A DNA stretch of 64,000 nucleotides. It comes from Ophelia neglecta (lineage: Eukaryota). This document shows, piece by piece, positions 47,222 through 62,499 of this stretch. Numbering within the stretch: the first letter of the stretch is position 1; each line of letters opens with the position of its first letter. The DNA lies in NCBI GenBank assembly GCA_965285935.1, contig OZ260665.1, positions 44,392,001-44,456,000 on the forward strand, written 5' to 3'. A model generated the notes under the pieces. The model saw nothing but the letters and a program-made list of their open reading frames with translations. It did not search any database and was not told the DNA's origin. The translations under genes were made by a program, and so were the position numbers.

Positions 47222-50200
47222 TCACGTCGACGGTCCACTCGACATATTGTCCGAGTTACCCATTGCCTCCCAATACGGTGGCGGGCTATTAGTGTTCATT
47301 GTGGTCAAACTGCTTACCGTTGTAAGCGTTCCGGAATTGGTTCCAAGTGAGATATATCCGTTTGGTACTAAACTATTGGCGCTAGATGATCCACTTCCAG
47401 TACCGGTATACGAAGTGCTGGGTGTATCTGTCTTTTTATACGCTTCCAGTGTTGATAGTCTCTGGTCCGTGCCAAACACTCCATGTACCCCCTTCTTAGT
47501 CTGCTTCTGTTTAGTATAAGGGTTTTCGCTCTTCAGCGTTTCCGCTCGAAGGCGTTTCAGTTTCTCAAAGTTTGACAGCACTGGCCGCTGGAAGAAGAGT
47601 AGAAGTTTCATGGTGAAGCTACGGAAGCTGGATTGAATAAGAAGTGGCGTTTGGACTATACAGGCGATCTCCCATCCACTGACCCCCATTCCTGCTATCA
47701 CTGGACGCCAGTCACGAGTAGGAACATCACCAGTCTCCGTCGCCTGAAAACAAAAAAATAACTATCTAAATTCTTAATTCTAATACCCAAATCAATGGAA
47801 CAAAGTTTTCCATCAAATACAAGATGTGAACTTGAAGTCTTTACCGTGACTTTGTGAAGGTATTCAATTATAACACCCTCCCATTGAGGCGTATGATCGT
47901 GCAATCTGCTGGCTTCCTTCTCAAACACCCAGATCGTCTCCACAGATTTGCTTGTCGCTTTCATCTCGTACGCTGCCAATTAAAATTTTATAAAGCTAAC
48001 ATGCATGTTAAGATCTGAATTCATTGACATTTAATTGACATATCGGTGCATAAATGTTTTGTGCAGGGATATTCTTCTGTTGATAAATATGATGCCTAAA
48101 GAGGAATACGATTTGTATGGCAAAAGAATAGCAAAATAGTCCGGCTTCACGAAGGCACACGGTGAGAAATAAACTACCTTCAGCTATGGCAGTGACATCC
48201 ATACAAATGTCTACAAGTTTCCAACCCTGGTTCAGGAAGAGTTTGAGTTGCTCGTTAAAGTCAGTGTTGCACAGGACCTGCTGGATGGTCTGCGTGGCAT
48301 CGTGCACCATATAGTACTTAGCATGGATTGTTACAGCATGGTAGACATAACGAGTCGGGTTCTTGTGCTTGGGCAGGTTGAAAAAAAGCTCCACCCCCAT
48401 AACTACAGGTATAATAGACAAAGCCAATATGCCAGCGGTAGGTGATAGCTAAAGAACGATTTCCATCATATTTCTTAATATTTACGTTATATACGCGTTT
48501 ATCTTATGTTGGAATTTTTTTGTATAAAATTATAGGAAGCACTGAATCTTTACATAATGGGAAAAAAAACAAGTGATTGTACTTACTGCCATACTGTTCG
48601 TTACTGGACTCTGACCGAACATATCCCACTGGTTCAGCACTCACTAGCCGACCTCCAAGATTAGAATAATGTCTTATCTGTTCGATTAAAACACCATTAT
48701 ATCATTGCTGAATAATCATATTGCTAACTAGCAAAATTTGGGAAACCTATAAAAAATGTTTGCCTCTGGACTTTCTATTTAATTGAAAGCAATGGTAATG
48801 ATGGCAGATTTGTGTAAAGATTGGGACCTGGTCGTAACACCATCATCTGCATGAAACAAGTCACAGCTTACTGTATTCATGAGGTCATTGTCCAGATCGG
48901 TTTCGTCGAAGGCGATTGCTCGCGTGCTGACGATCCGTTTTTCAACCAGAAGCTCCCATTGCTCTCTCTCCGCTTCCAATGAGCTGGGTATTCTAATATA
49001 AAGTATTTTTATGGTCAGACGAAATAAAACAAAACAAATTAGTATGTTATGCACAGACAATAACCATGCGCAGGACAAAGCATATATTCTCTATGGGGTC
49101 GGTCGTGTTTCCTTCACACTTTGTTAACATATTACGTAGTGGGCCTCGTAAAACAACAGATGTTTTGATAAAGTAAGCTCGAAATAAGCAATAGGAAGGC
49201 CTACCACAAATATAAGTGACGTGTTTGTAAAGTTGGCCTGCATAATTGTTAAAAGGTTATGATACAGAGTTAATGCCCAGTGGCACTTACGCATATGTCG
49301 TTTTTTTGTCTTATTCATTAAATTAAAAGCGCTTAGAAAACGTCAGATAAGTCGACAACTCTGTTTCCTAATTGTTAAATATAAATTTGATTTAAGTTAA
49401 ACCTGTTATTCCAATAACAAGGACAGAATTCGATCAAAGATTGATCATTTCCTCAAATACATATCATTAACTGTGTCCATCAGTAGAGCCAACTCGTTTT
49501 GCGATTGGTAATTTGCCAATCTTGATAAAGATGACCGTGATAAAATTCAACTTTTTTGTAGGCCTATACAAGCCAACAGTTTAGAACATCTAAAGCAACT
49601 TTTTGTTTTCTTTTCGTCAGCCCGATATCATTACCTATGAATATACTTTCAGCCATGCTCCACGTTGTTTTGGAAGTATTGCGAATAGTTTTGAGTGGTA
49701 GAACTTACAGACTAACTATGCAAGATATATAACATTTCAATAGGACTTCGGTGCTCCATATCTTTAGTAGCAGGAAGTCTGGTTGAAGCAAAATGGCACA
49801 TCCAACACGGAAATAAAGAGAAAATGATAACAAGAGGAAAATATGGAACACTTATTATCACCCTAAGACAGAAAAGAGCGGCCTGTGACAAACTACGCCA
49901 CGAGCGAATATTTTAGAACATTAAATCCTCTTGCAATTTGGCTTTTCATTAAGAAAGACAAAAACAGTACCTGGCAGACATTATTATTTGCTATGAAACT
50001 GCATCCGAGAATATTTCCCACAAGCATGTTTTTCAGCCCACCGAGATCACAGACCGATATACACTACCGAGAAAAGCGACGTGCATGTTGTTCACTATTA
50101 ATATTGCGGAGACGCCATGGGTTACCTGACGGGCTAGTTATGGCTAGCTTTTTGTATTACAATAATTGTTTTAAATTAAAATGCTGTATTTGCCAAAATT

Positions 50201-53200
50201 TGGACTCTGAAGTTACATTGCACATTATATTACACTTCAGTTGTATTTTTCGCACGATTTGTATATCATATCAATATGCCAAACTGAAAAGAAACAGCAT
50301 TTAGCCTTCACATTTATCACTTTGCTTTGCCAAAGAATAATAGTTACTTGTTGATCCGTAATAACATTTCTATAAGTGCAAAGTTATCTTTCAAAGTTTC
50401 TGTACCAGTTTTCATAACTTATTGGGAATAATTTTAAACGCTGCATAATCCTTTAAAACATTTCTAAACTTGACTGATTTGAGGGTTTTTACTCGACAAT
50501 AAATCTAGATAGACAATTAATCTTACTAATGACAAGTGCACTATAGCGAATACTTTTCTGTAATATATGAAGAAAGTGCATGTAGGTAAGTCCAGAAGAA
50601 AAAAGAGGTGACTTCCAACACTTTATATGCACAGTTAGCAATAATAGTACACTGTGGGTCGGATTATTACACGAGCATGTATATAAAGCAGTCCTAAATA
50701 ACCGACAGGTGTTTAGTAGTCTCCAATTCTGGCTTTTGTTTTTCAAAGAAAATTAAAAATTGACGAGAAGCAAAAAAAGAAAAATATGTCTGGATAAGGT
50801 AGACATATATTATTTTCCTACAATCTCGTATCTCGTGTTTAAACAATAACCAATTGTTTATATAATATACTTCAAGTACCCTAATGGGCAGCCATGAAAT
50901 AATGACTTTCTTATACCTAAGAGCATGTCAACCGAACAAAACGGTGCTTGGAGATGGCCATGTTTGAGATAACAGGTGTAGACAATTAAAATGGCAAGCT
51001 TTCCGGAATGAATAGTGCTCGCTTTGTTACTCTTCGCCAAGAACAAGAAACAGAACGAAACCAAACAAATGCCTGGTAGTGCAGTTTCCGAAAGGCTGTT
51101 TTGAATAAGAACTTGAACTATAAGGAACCCTTTCAAAAAGGCGTCCGTATATAGTTAGCTAGTGATTGTTGCTTATTAATTCCAGGAAATGGAGCATAAT
51201 TCAGACTTGTATTGGGAATTCAGCATTCCCGAAGAAATGATGCCAAATCGCAAATAACCTTCTCACTCAACGTCTGAGACATAAGCCAAATTAATTAAAT
51301 TCCATTCCGACTGCTACGATTTTTTATTTTCCTCGTGTATGAGTTGGTTGGAATTCCCTTTTCAATAGTACAAGGTCTAGCTTATCCGTCTGAAATAACT
51401 TCACGTAACATCACACTGTCATCAAAGGACTAGGCACTATGGTAGAACGACTAGATTAATAACCACTCTCATCTCCCCTGTGTTTTATGGCGGGATGATG
51501 TTCTAATGGTGGTATAAGTCTGGTGGGAGTAAGCCTCCAGGAATGAAGAAACATCCAACATCAAACGCTAGTGACATATCAACAACGCCAGTCAGCAACC
51601 TTTATAATATTGGAAGTTATATATCGGCATATGATTTATGTAATTGATAGATCTTTTTTACTTGTCATGTACTAAAATTACAAATAAAACAGTTGTTTTG
51701 TTGAAATCACACAACGTTGATGATACGTTATTCGATAAACCATTAAGGCTTTTCCTCCAACCAAAAACGTAAATCGTTAAAAGCTATAAATGCTTTAAAA
51801 ATTTACCCTAAACGCTTACTGAAAATGTCATTTAAAATTACATATTTTACATGTAAGACACGTTCTCTATTAAAGCTCTGAGATATAAGCATATAATACA
51901 TCTAAGAAAATGTTTTAGATTACCTGTTTTTTAAATATCGTACCTTGCTAGATGAATTAGTGCATACGCATAATATAGAGACTTAATACTGCCCACATGA
52001 TATTGTATGCATGGTTTCTTTGCGTCTAACGGAATATGTAAAGGGAAAAAAAGAGTTAATCCCAGCTTCGACAATAAAGTTTAAGAGCAGACATCTTGAA
52101 ATGCAACTGAAAGTAAACAATCTTCATAAGCACACTGACCATTGGCGAGTCATTTCATGATTATTTCTTTTTTTATGTATATTCAGTAAGACAATGCATG
52201 TCCTAGCCAATGAGATATTCACCCGATAATGGGAACACTTGCTCTTTTTCACATTAAACTATTAAAACATAAACAAGAACAAAAGTTTCGAATGGGGACG
52301 GCGCATTGATTTTTTTAAGTAGAAAACTATGCGTTGGTCCTCCATGCCCCTGTTCCACGAGGTGGTACACCGTAGGAGGGTCGGGATAACATATGGTGTT
52401 ATGCAGGAGGCCTGACGGTTCCCCTTGCCAAACCCTTTGCAAATAAATCCAGCTTAGAACCGCCTTCAGACTGCACCTAAACTTGGGCCGTTTAGTACAT
52501 CAGATTAAAAAATTACAAATTAACACTCGGAGAAATGCTCCTAGTCAGCCAACATGTACATGTCAGGGTCGCAAGGCTAACTACCGCTAAAACCCTGTAG
52601 TGTAAGATAATTTTGAGTTTCGACACAACAGGATAGAAACATCACTGGAAGAAAAATATTTATATTCAGTTCGGATATTTTTATGATTTCGAAATAAGTT
52701 GGTACACTCGCGCAAATGTTATTCAGTTCTTTATCAATAAGATCTTTCAGAAGTCCCTCGAGATTTACCTCCTTTATAAGTCCTTACAAAATACCAAGGA
52801 CCAACAAATTGCAATCATAAACACTCTTTCGGGAGTAAATGAATACATAATTGCTCTCGTGTATATTATCCCAAGACATGTGCACTAACCGGAGCCTAAA
52901 TATAAGCTTCTGGGCAGCCCGTTTCATTTGGGAGTTATAGTTCTATCTCCTGGCCTCCCTTCACCTGAACCTTCCACTTGTTGGGGTCATATATAACGCA
53001 CATGCCACTCAACGTGTCTATCAATAACTGTTAGCTGCCCTGAGTTATGAAAAAAGGATGCAGCAGCTGTCTGTATTACACGAGGACAAATAAACATATT
53101 ATAGGCTGGCTGTGTACGTGTCTCTGGTTTTGTGGGCTATAGGCGATCAAATCGACGTTTGTATGATTATCGGAGAGCATGATCAAACTTTTTCAGTGTC

Positions 53201-56200
53201 GAAAGCAACCACTTTTCTCCCTATTTCCATATCAGAGTATCTTGCAACACACGATAGCAGGAGCCAAAGTTTGTATCAGATGATGAGGACCAAAATTATC
53301 AAGTCTCGTCTGACAGTGATATATAACACCAAAGCCCTTGATTTCTTACTGGCCAGACAGACTTACGTTTATATACAATCGTATAAAATCACATGTATCC
53401 TTGCTGATATTTCATCATAGGATGCATTTCTTATTATAATGGAGAATTAAAATAGAGACGGTAACTTCAATACTTGTCTTCGGATGTTTATCCTGAACAC
53501 TCCCGAGGGATATTTGGAGAAGATAACTTAATTGAACTGAATCACTGAGCCTTAGGCAAAATTTGACCGAGACTTCAAGTCTCGTCCATTAAATCAACAA
53601 GGTTATTAGTATGTGACAAGAATAACATATCGGGGTTGCCCTCAGCTGGTTGGGGGTATAAACAAAACCAAGCCAACACCGGTGTATTAGGTTGCATCAA
53701 GGTAACCCTATAATTAGGGTATGGTATAGAATAATCCCAGCCATCAGTCGCTCTTTACGTTTTGCTCTTAGCATGAGTTAGAAATTACCCAGAGTAGGCT
53801 AAGTGTACCATGAAAATCACCGCATGCCTGCTCGGAAGAATTAATTCACAATAATTGAGCCATATTAAATATTCCTCACTATCAAATACCATTGCGAACA
53901 CGAGCCAACTTGTTTGACAGATTGCTCCACACTCGCTTTGAACCTATATGAAAATGAATCATATCTTCAGGCAGCGCCGCCATTTTGCTATTGAGGTCGA
54001 CACAACCTATAGATGATATGGCTTCAGGTAGTGTCCAGTGATTGATGACCATGCCATTGATTATAAGCCAGCTAGATTCCCCTGAATTACTATAGCTTAT
54101 GATGGATGAAGTTTCAAATGTTTACTAAGGGCGATTGAGGGAAATGTTGACATAGCGAATAATATCGTCCATGACTTTCGTCTGGTTGATCAAAAATAAA
54201 ATATGTAACGTGTAAGTGAAAAACATTTTTCTGCTATTGCATACTACACTTTATTTACCGCTGAGCCATTATCAGAGTATAGCGATTACAAAAAACCAAA
54301 TATAAGCGGCTGACCTGGTATAAACCCAGTTCAAATGATGGATATGATTCACTGTCGACATGAGTAGGCCTACCACAGAAATGTGTTGTTTGTCTGTCTT
54401 TCAGTTTTCCTGTCAGGGTGCAAACTTTAAGCAAATTTTCGAAGGATTATATATTCTGCAAAGTCCCAGGTAGTAATATAGGCCTACATGTTATGTTTTC
54501 CCTTTTTTCCTAAAATCAATCCATAGGAATGTTCTCATGGCATTTCTTCACAACTCTGACAAAAACAGGCCGGTAGTTCAGTTTTAGATTCTGACATTCC
54601 GTTCCGACCTAGGAGAAAGCGTTGAGCACCAAGAATTATGTGAAGGCAAATAGCTGCTCGGCTTCCCAAATAACATTTTTGCATTATTATATTATTTTAG
54701 TTAAGTTTGCCTCTCGTATAATTTAATACTTAATTTGCCAATTATATTTAGTAGCCCGTAAGCAATTTGCCTCTTCATAACTGACTAAATTACTTACAAG
54801 CATATAGCTTATGCTTTATTTATCTTTTCATTTTCGTTATGGACAATAATATCTTAACACATTGTCGATATTGAAACATATAATTGGCAAAAAATAATTC
54901 AATGTAACTCTAATTAAAAACTGACGGAAAGTATCCCTAAAAGTACAATTCCGTAACATGTTGTAATGGAGCTAATTAAGAATTAAGACGGTCTGTATTT
55001 CACCAATTCTTTGATGATTGAATGAATTTAGAACTAAGTGTGTCATGTGACCTTCTTAACAAATATCTTGATTAATTAATTTACTAAAATTGTTGTATTT
55101 TATTATTAAATACAATAATCAAGTACCAATTCCGTACAAACAATACTTATAATTCCGTACAGGCAGTGAATCCACTTACTAGTAATACCGTCATCTCTAT
55201 GCGTTTAACACAATATCTGCGCTATACTGATATTTCACGAAACACCTTTGTCGTTTTGTACAGAGCAAAATTGTGCGTCTAAACATCCAATCTGGATGCG
55301 CTACGATCTAATTCGGTACACGTCGGGAACAAATGCCGTACACCTCCTCAAATTAATGTCACCAAAGAGTATTTGAATGACGGTTATAACTGTGTCCAAG
55401 GTCAAATCATAGACGTAAATTCGTCTATGGTCAAATCACATGCATTGTTACTTTTAGATTATTATTTTAAATTTTGGTTTGATGTTATTCCGCATTTTAC
55501 AAAACAACCATTTAGTCAGGACTTTTCTAAAATGGGTATGGCCAGTCCGACTTATTTCGTTCACTTAAGCTACTCCATCTACGGATTTCATCCGACGAAT
55601 GATTTAGAGTCATGTACATAAAGCTTTTTAAAAGATAACTTCACTTGATGCACGAACCTTGAATTCTTATATAAACATGGTCATCGAGGACAAAAATGTA
55701 CCCCAGAAGTTTAATTCCTTACCTGGAATAGCTGAGGGATATTTGGTAAATCTACACACAATACTAGTAACACATACAAATATTTTAGCGTGTTTAACGG
55801 AGCTTGTTGTGTCAAAAAAGTTGTTACATTGAGATTAAGTATTTAAAGGTGTATTGAATAACGATATGGTATAGTTAATTATGTTCTTGTGTTTACAATT
55901 ATATAATGTGGTATAAAAATCCATATATTTGAGCGGTCAACTGTGCAAGCATTGTCATAATTATAGCTAGGCCTGCACTTAATACTTCGGTTCAACGCAT
56001 AGCTTACCTTCTTTCCCTATTGGTATGATAAGTAATGTTAGTCACCTGACTTCCGGTTTAGAGAGGATTGCCTGGTAGGGAGATTTGATTCCCCAGTCTA
56101 TCACCGCCGATATCGTGTTGACGCAAGGAACTCGTACAAACTCGTTTAGACAAAATCCTGCCTCGTAGCTTTCTTTTATGTCCCGGATGTACTGGTCGCT

Positions 56201-56615
56201 GTCCGTTGTCACAGCTTGTGGTCCCAAATTAATTTGGTTTCCTAAAAATTCCAAGAATAATTAATGTAGGCTAAACATAATTGTATGCCTGTAAGGCGTG
56301 CACTGTGAATGGGCATATATATAGCAAATAAAAGAAAACAAATACTGTTTCGGAACAGTGTCACTGATAATAACTGTGAACACATAAATTATTTCGTTCA
56401 CCTTGTCAGGGATGGGCAACACATTGTTTGATGAAGGGATGCTGAGAGTTTGACTTACTCATGATGTGGTATCCAGTGATAAAATCTAGGAAGCAGTAAA
56501 GGAGAGGGGTTCCTGGGTAAGCGAAGGGATCAAGGGGGAAAGGGGAATGTTCGCCAGGAGGACCACTCCAGCTCCACGACGAGTTTTCTCGTTTCTTGGA
56601 CGCGAGCGCCCCCAT
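47222..56615 (-). CDS. Raftlin-like N-myristoylated protein, ~479 aa
   Basis: Exons 56615-56459, 56241-56046, 48992-48872, 48677-48587, 48402-48178, 47972-47845, 47743-47222 (1440 nt, all GT-AG, phases consistent). N-terminus MGALASKKR. Raftlin-type segments GWKLVD, IWVFEKE, DWRPVIAGMGVSGWEIACIVQTP, KLLLFFQRP. Extra exons in the 7-kb intron cannot be excluded. Confidence 0.78.
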
Positions 56616-58227
56616 ACGCCGCCTAGTGGATGATTTGGGCATCTGGCGGGTACACTGCCGACATCGCGTCGTGCTAACTATGTGAACCAACCTTAAATAA
56701 GAACGCATCATTGAAATAATGACAGTCATAAAAAAGCACAATATCCAAACAGGGTATCATTAGCTGCATTACCAAATCGCTTAAGCCTTATAACTCGTAG
56801 ATGTGATTGCCATGTACATGTAAGGGCAAATATCAGCATATCCAAACTGTTCAGATTAATTTTCTTTGCTTGGATAGTAACCCTAGACCTGCCGATTGTT
56901 TGTTGCGTACGTATCATTACGTGGAGGGGGGGGGGGGACTTTCGACTCTTGGGATCGCCCCTTCTTATTCCGTGATCTGCGATTCTAAATCATATTGTTC
57001 GTGACTCGGATTTGACATTTGTCCGTTTTCGGAGGACTTCTAGGATTTACATTTACTTAGACGTGGAAAAGTTTTGTTTGGATCTAGTAATTCACTCTAA
57101 TTAATCGGGATGTAGGAAATAGCATATTCCTTGTGGTGTGGAATTGAATGATTCCGAAGCATGTCTATATTGTAAAATGTGGAAATAGGAGTGCATGGAT
57201 ACCAAACTAACCTACCTTCGTCGTGAGTTAATGATTTAGTGTCACACTTGTCTGATAAAGGGATGAATTTTGTTGGCCGTTGAAGTGAGTACGGAGGTCA
57301 TACCCTGTTTGTTCCCTACAGAAAGTCCGGTCACTTGTAATTAGGCAGAGTGAGTGATGGCTGAGGTGGGTGTAAATTTCACGAGGAAATGGTTTTCGTC
57401 TCAGGTGTAGACAATTACCCGAAAGAATGCCGGCCCAATCAGCAGGCAAAGGTCAGATCTTGTATTAGTGAGTTCAGAAATCACCCATAGATGAATATCT
57501 TACAGTTCTCCAAGTTTCTTACTATATCGAAATACGTCTAGAAAATACCTGTCATCATTCATGACTACAATGAACGTAAAACAATACCACGTGGTGCCAT
57601 CTTTATAGGAAAAATAATATACCGACAACAGGGCTCGTACGAGGATAAAGTCAAAAGCCGCCTGACGCCAGGAACCAGCTGTGTTGCCGGGCGATCAGGT
57701 TTCAGTTTAAGCAGGAAAAACAACTTAGACCCTTCTCAAAATCACATCCAGTAGCTCTTGTCAGTTTAAGTCGTAACAGGTAGGCTATACATATATCATG
57801 TTTCTTCTACACGCAGTTTGCGAAAAAAAAATTATGTTGGGTCTCACACTCTTATGAGCCAGTATTTATGGAAAAACACCGACCGGGGAAGAACTCGTGG
57901 AGGATGTCCTGGGGAAGTGTGTTTATAGTATGTGTCGAAGATATAGAAAAATATATAATTATATCATTTCTGCTTAGTCATTGTTATCAAAAGTGCGGTA
58001 GATGGTAACAAATTATCAAATAATATAGTTTAAATATAGGCGCATGCGTGAGATGCGCGACAATACCAGTTTTGGTAATTTAGGGGTGGCGCTATGTATG
58101 ACTACTGCATAGCAAACAAGCTAAGGACCGATGTTTCAAGCAGGCTCATAAATCACAATATTTACTTGAAAAATGTAATACTACCTGAAACAGCCGATCT
58201 CGGAAAGGATTAACATTTGCGGGATAG

Positions 58228-58325
58228 GCTTTGTTGTACGGCGCGGAACTATGGGGTCGTACCCCCTGTATTCAAATAGATAGGGCGCAGTCGGCCTTTA
58301 CCAAGAAGCACTTGCACTTGACAAT
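58228..58325 (+). mobile_element. Non-LTR retrotransposon ORF2 fragment (post-RT region)
   Basis: LLYGAELWG...IDRAQSAFTKKHL resembles the YGxExWG motif of LINE ORF2. It is followed by a poly-C/(CA)n tract. Confidence 0.45.
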
Positions 58326-60714
58326 GGCAACTTATTGCCCTCACCCCCCCCCCCACACACACACACACACACACAAACACACACCCATCCCTGGAGAGAC
58401 CAATAGCATCGGAAACCACTGTGAGCTGGTATCTGGTCACCCACTTTCACAACATTCTCTATCGCATGTTCATGCCTACAACGCGGTTACCAGGAATTTT
58501 CTCAATTCATTTACTAAATGCCGGAAGTGATATTTATATGCCTATCAATTTCTTGACACGTCTATCTACTTGATTACTTTCTCACATGCTGGTTGGGTAC
58601 ATCAATAGAGTACTCTATCCGATATGTGCCATCTCGCCACGCATATCAAAACCAAAGAGTATAGGACAAACTCGACACACCTAGAGATAAATAACTGATC
58701 GAGAAATGGAGGCATGGAAAGAAATACGTCAAATGTGCCGGCTCATTCCCTTCTATTTAAAAAAAAGTCTGGTGTATCTCAGTTGCTTTATTGGTATTAT
58801 TACACCCCCTATTGCTATGCGACTATGTTTGGACAAATATCCCGAATTCGAAGACGTGGTTGGGTGCAAATACAACAAAATGTCATGCATTCATTCTTCA
58901 TTTCAACTGACAGAGATTGACAGTGCCCACACTTATACTAAAAGCACAGTTAACATATTAATGCCAACAAATATATAGGTCAAATTTACCCAGAAGATTT
59001 AATCATTTTTGTTGGAAATTACAGCTATAGTTGGAGAGCCCTGTATACATGGGTCTGCAATGGCACCGGCCATGATAAGCCTTCAACTTGAGCCGTCAAG
59101 TTCTATGGTTAGATGAAGTGGATGCATGTCTCAGGCTACAGTAACTGTCCAGTAAATATACAAGGAAAACGTGCAATGAAAGAATTTTCCAATGCAGTCG
59201 ACTTCGTTTTGTGGTCGATAAACTTGCCCTTTTCCAGCACCAATTGTGGTCGTGAAAAGCATGTCGAGTAGCCTAAATACGATGCAAGTTGAACTTTAAT
59301 GTAGGAGGGAGCAGGTTTTAACAGGCTCGGTTTCTTATAGTTCCACGTTCATATTCTTTCCACCTGAACTCTAGTGAGTGGTGGAAATAGAATTCGGTAT
59401 TTAAAAAAAAGATTTATAATACAGAGGTTATGGTACATGGCCATATTGTGAAAATTATTATGATTCCCAATAGAAATAATGATACTAAAAAACATCCAAC
59501 GTTAATATTTCAAGGTGATGACAGTGGCTGACATCGGAATTACAGGGCTCGAAATCAAGGCTAACAAACTAGCAAAATGCTGGTCGGTTTGACTTGCCTG
59601 CTAGAGAAAATTACAGCAACTCGCAGTCAGATGCTTCTTGGAAAATCCAACGCATGTACTCAGCATGTATCCTTGGTGCATCGGTTTTATGTCTTACTAT
59701 TTTACTGTAACCTGCATAAAGCTTGTGCCTACATATCTCATTATTAAATCAGTTTTACAATTTAATAACAATAACTACTGCAGGGTGAACAGTTTATTTC
59801 CTAGTTCAAGTCACCAATTTGCTTGCCAGCGCACAATGGCAGAACGTAAGATCGATATGGCGAGTGATCTTGTAAACGAGCTACTTGTTGCCATCTGTGG
59901 GTAGGGTACCAATTCGCAAATGTAAACAATTTAAATTAGCAATATTGGCTAGTGAATAAAAGATAATTTCTTTGACTGCGCAAATGATAAGCTAGCTGTA
60001 AAACGTAATACCGTATTGATCAATTGATAGCTTTACACGTGACATATTTCTAATATCAACTCTATGTGTAAAACTAAAGTAAAACTAAAGTAAACAAAAA
60101 CAACTAGTATGACAACTTCGAACGGCGCCCGGTATAGGCCTTGGGAAAAATATACAGTTCTGTTTCATATGTAACACAGTGAACCTGTCAGAGATATAAA
60201 TCAAAGCGGCCCCTTGCCAAAAAGTCAACAGCTCAAGTCCCTTTCGGCCTTGAGTAGGCTTAATCGCACCATCAGCAATTACGACACATAGCACTCACAA
60301 AAATGCCAGATGATGAGGCACTCTAGAGAAAAATGTATCTGGCATTCTCTCCCGTGTGCTGTGATGAATAGCCTGGTATAAGTAGGCGGGCACATGGACC
60401 AAACAGTATATATGTATGGGAAAATGCACTATTTTGCGGTTTCTCAGAGATATCTAAAAAGCGAACACTAGTCGAAATTTTTTCCTGTAATCCATCGCTA
60501 CAACTCGTAATTTTTCCCTTACGGAAATGAGTAATACAATGCTTCATGACGTCCATGTAAAAGAAAGGGCACCCCGATCGTCACTGTGTCGCCTCAGTAT
60601 ATATGTGGCGGTATACTTTTAAATAGCTTGTAAACGTATAGTTGTGAACGTGGTCTAATTAACTTCAAAATAGGCTAGTATAATTAATATATGCGACATA
60701 TCAGTTAAACTTAC

Positions 60715-60946
60715 ACGAGATACGAAATTCAAGATACATGTACACAGATACGAAACGAAAAGGTTGTGACGTGATTTAATGTTGGGTTGTGACAGGCTTA
60801 GGGGTAGGGTTTTGCTAACAACCTAACTCACTGGAAACTGAATTGGAACGTTCCATCCTTATAGGTAACCCCTACCCAAAACCTAATGCATAAAGTAAGT
60901 TTTAAATACTCTTGTAGGAAATTGTGCATCAGGTTTTACAGTATGC
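60715..60946. mobile_element. Degenerate copy of the telomere-repeat-bearing MITE at 10092-10336
   Basis: Shared GAGATACGAAA..CAGATACGAAA, GTTGGGTT.TGACAGG.TTAGGGGTAGGGTT..GCTA.CAACC and terminal ATCAG.TTTT.CAGTATGC. Confidence 0.7.
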
Positions 60947-62499
60947 ATGCCTGCTTAGGCCTATGCCCTTTTCATGAGGGATAAATCAGGTAAAAAGTCA
61001 ATTTTTTAAATGAATGTGTGTTTTATGACTACTTTGAACACCAAGTATTGTGGCATAGGCCTACTTCACAAATAGACCAAAATGCTCCTCCTAGTGTCCC
61101 ATTTTGACCCTTAACTCATCATTATCGGTCTGACATTAACACCTACCATGCACGTTCTTGCCAGATTGTTGACAGTTGACATTTGTCACGATGAAACCTC
61201 TTTATATCGGCTATTCTTTGTAGTTTGTTTACAAATTGGCTCGTCCGGACACTTCTGCGCATGTACGACCTGATTCGCAGCTCATCAGCATATGTATACG
61301 GCGATTTACTCCTTGCAGCCGAGGGCCCCGATTCAAATCTATCGGTATATACATCTCTGCTGACAAATTGACTAAGCTTTTTGAAATGTCAAAACCATGT
61401 TCAGGAAGATTGAAACATTAAACAGATTAGATGTACAATCAAAAATATTTTCTAAACAGTGTTGCCAAAATTTCGATAAATATTTTTAATGACACATTAT
61501 GAAAGCAATTTGCCATAAAAGAACTGTACTCAGACCCACACTTCTTGAATTGTGGCAGTCGTTCATTAAAATTACTCGACGTGCATCTACGGTGCATAAA
61601 TGTCGAGAAATGTTCCGCCAGTGGGTTTTTAGAGCGCACAAGGTCACCTTTTTACAGATATTTTAAAGTGACCGTACATATATGCTTTCAAGTTGAATAA
61701 ATAAAGTGAATGTATAGAGCATTGAGCCCCGCCGAGCCCCAGACTTAGGGTCGTCTTGTCATGTTTAGAGTGCCTATTGCCACACCAATAACTTTCGAGA
61801 TGATAATATGTCTGGTGTGGTTGGATGCTGTTTACCTGGTGAACTTAGGCATGGCGATATATATCCTGTAAATATTAGTGTGCTTTAGAAATAGACCTAA
61901 CCCTCCCAAACATCAGTAGGACTAACAACAACTGTCTTGAGTTCTCGGGCATAGAAATACAGGTATCTGGTATATATGGCAACACTTCTTCGTTCAGTGA
62001 GCCAATGAAAATACGAACACGTCGTGTGTAACGGTTAAAACTACATTAGGGGCCACCAGATAAAAAGAAAATGTTCTGATTGCAAATGAAACATTTAGAA
62101 AATTCCTGGTTTTTCATTCACCGTGGATACATTTCCTTGATCTGAGCACTATACTCAGTCCATTTATTTTACGTTTTATAGTTGTGTGATCGCTTTAGGG
62201 AGTGGTTAATTTAGTAAGACCATTACTATGTTATGGCACGGGTGTGTTATAATAGGTAACTGGTAATATTGCCGTGCAATAACATGGGCCTAATAAATTT
62301 ACGTTTATCCTTAAACAGGCCACTCAGAAGCCTTTTGAAGGAGTGTAGTATCGAATTGAGTCTTCGCTTTCTTTCCCAGAGTATCGGTAAACTATTAATT
62401 TTTTTTGACGACTCACCGGTTACCTAATACATCGCAAAAACCTTTGACGGATTTGTCGTTGCTAAGTTCCCTAATCGATGCGTACTTTCGGTCTGCATT

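Noticed and set aside
49885-50304. 139-aa plus-strand ORF
   Set aside because: GTG start, lies antisense within the raftlin-like intron, no recognisable homology.
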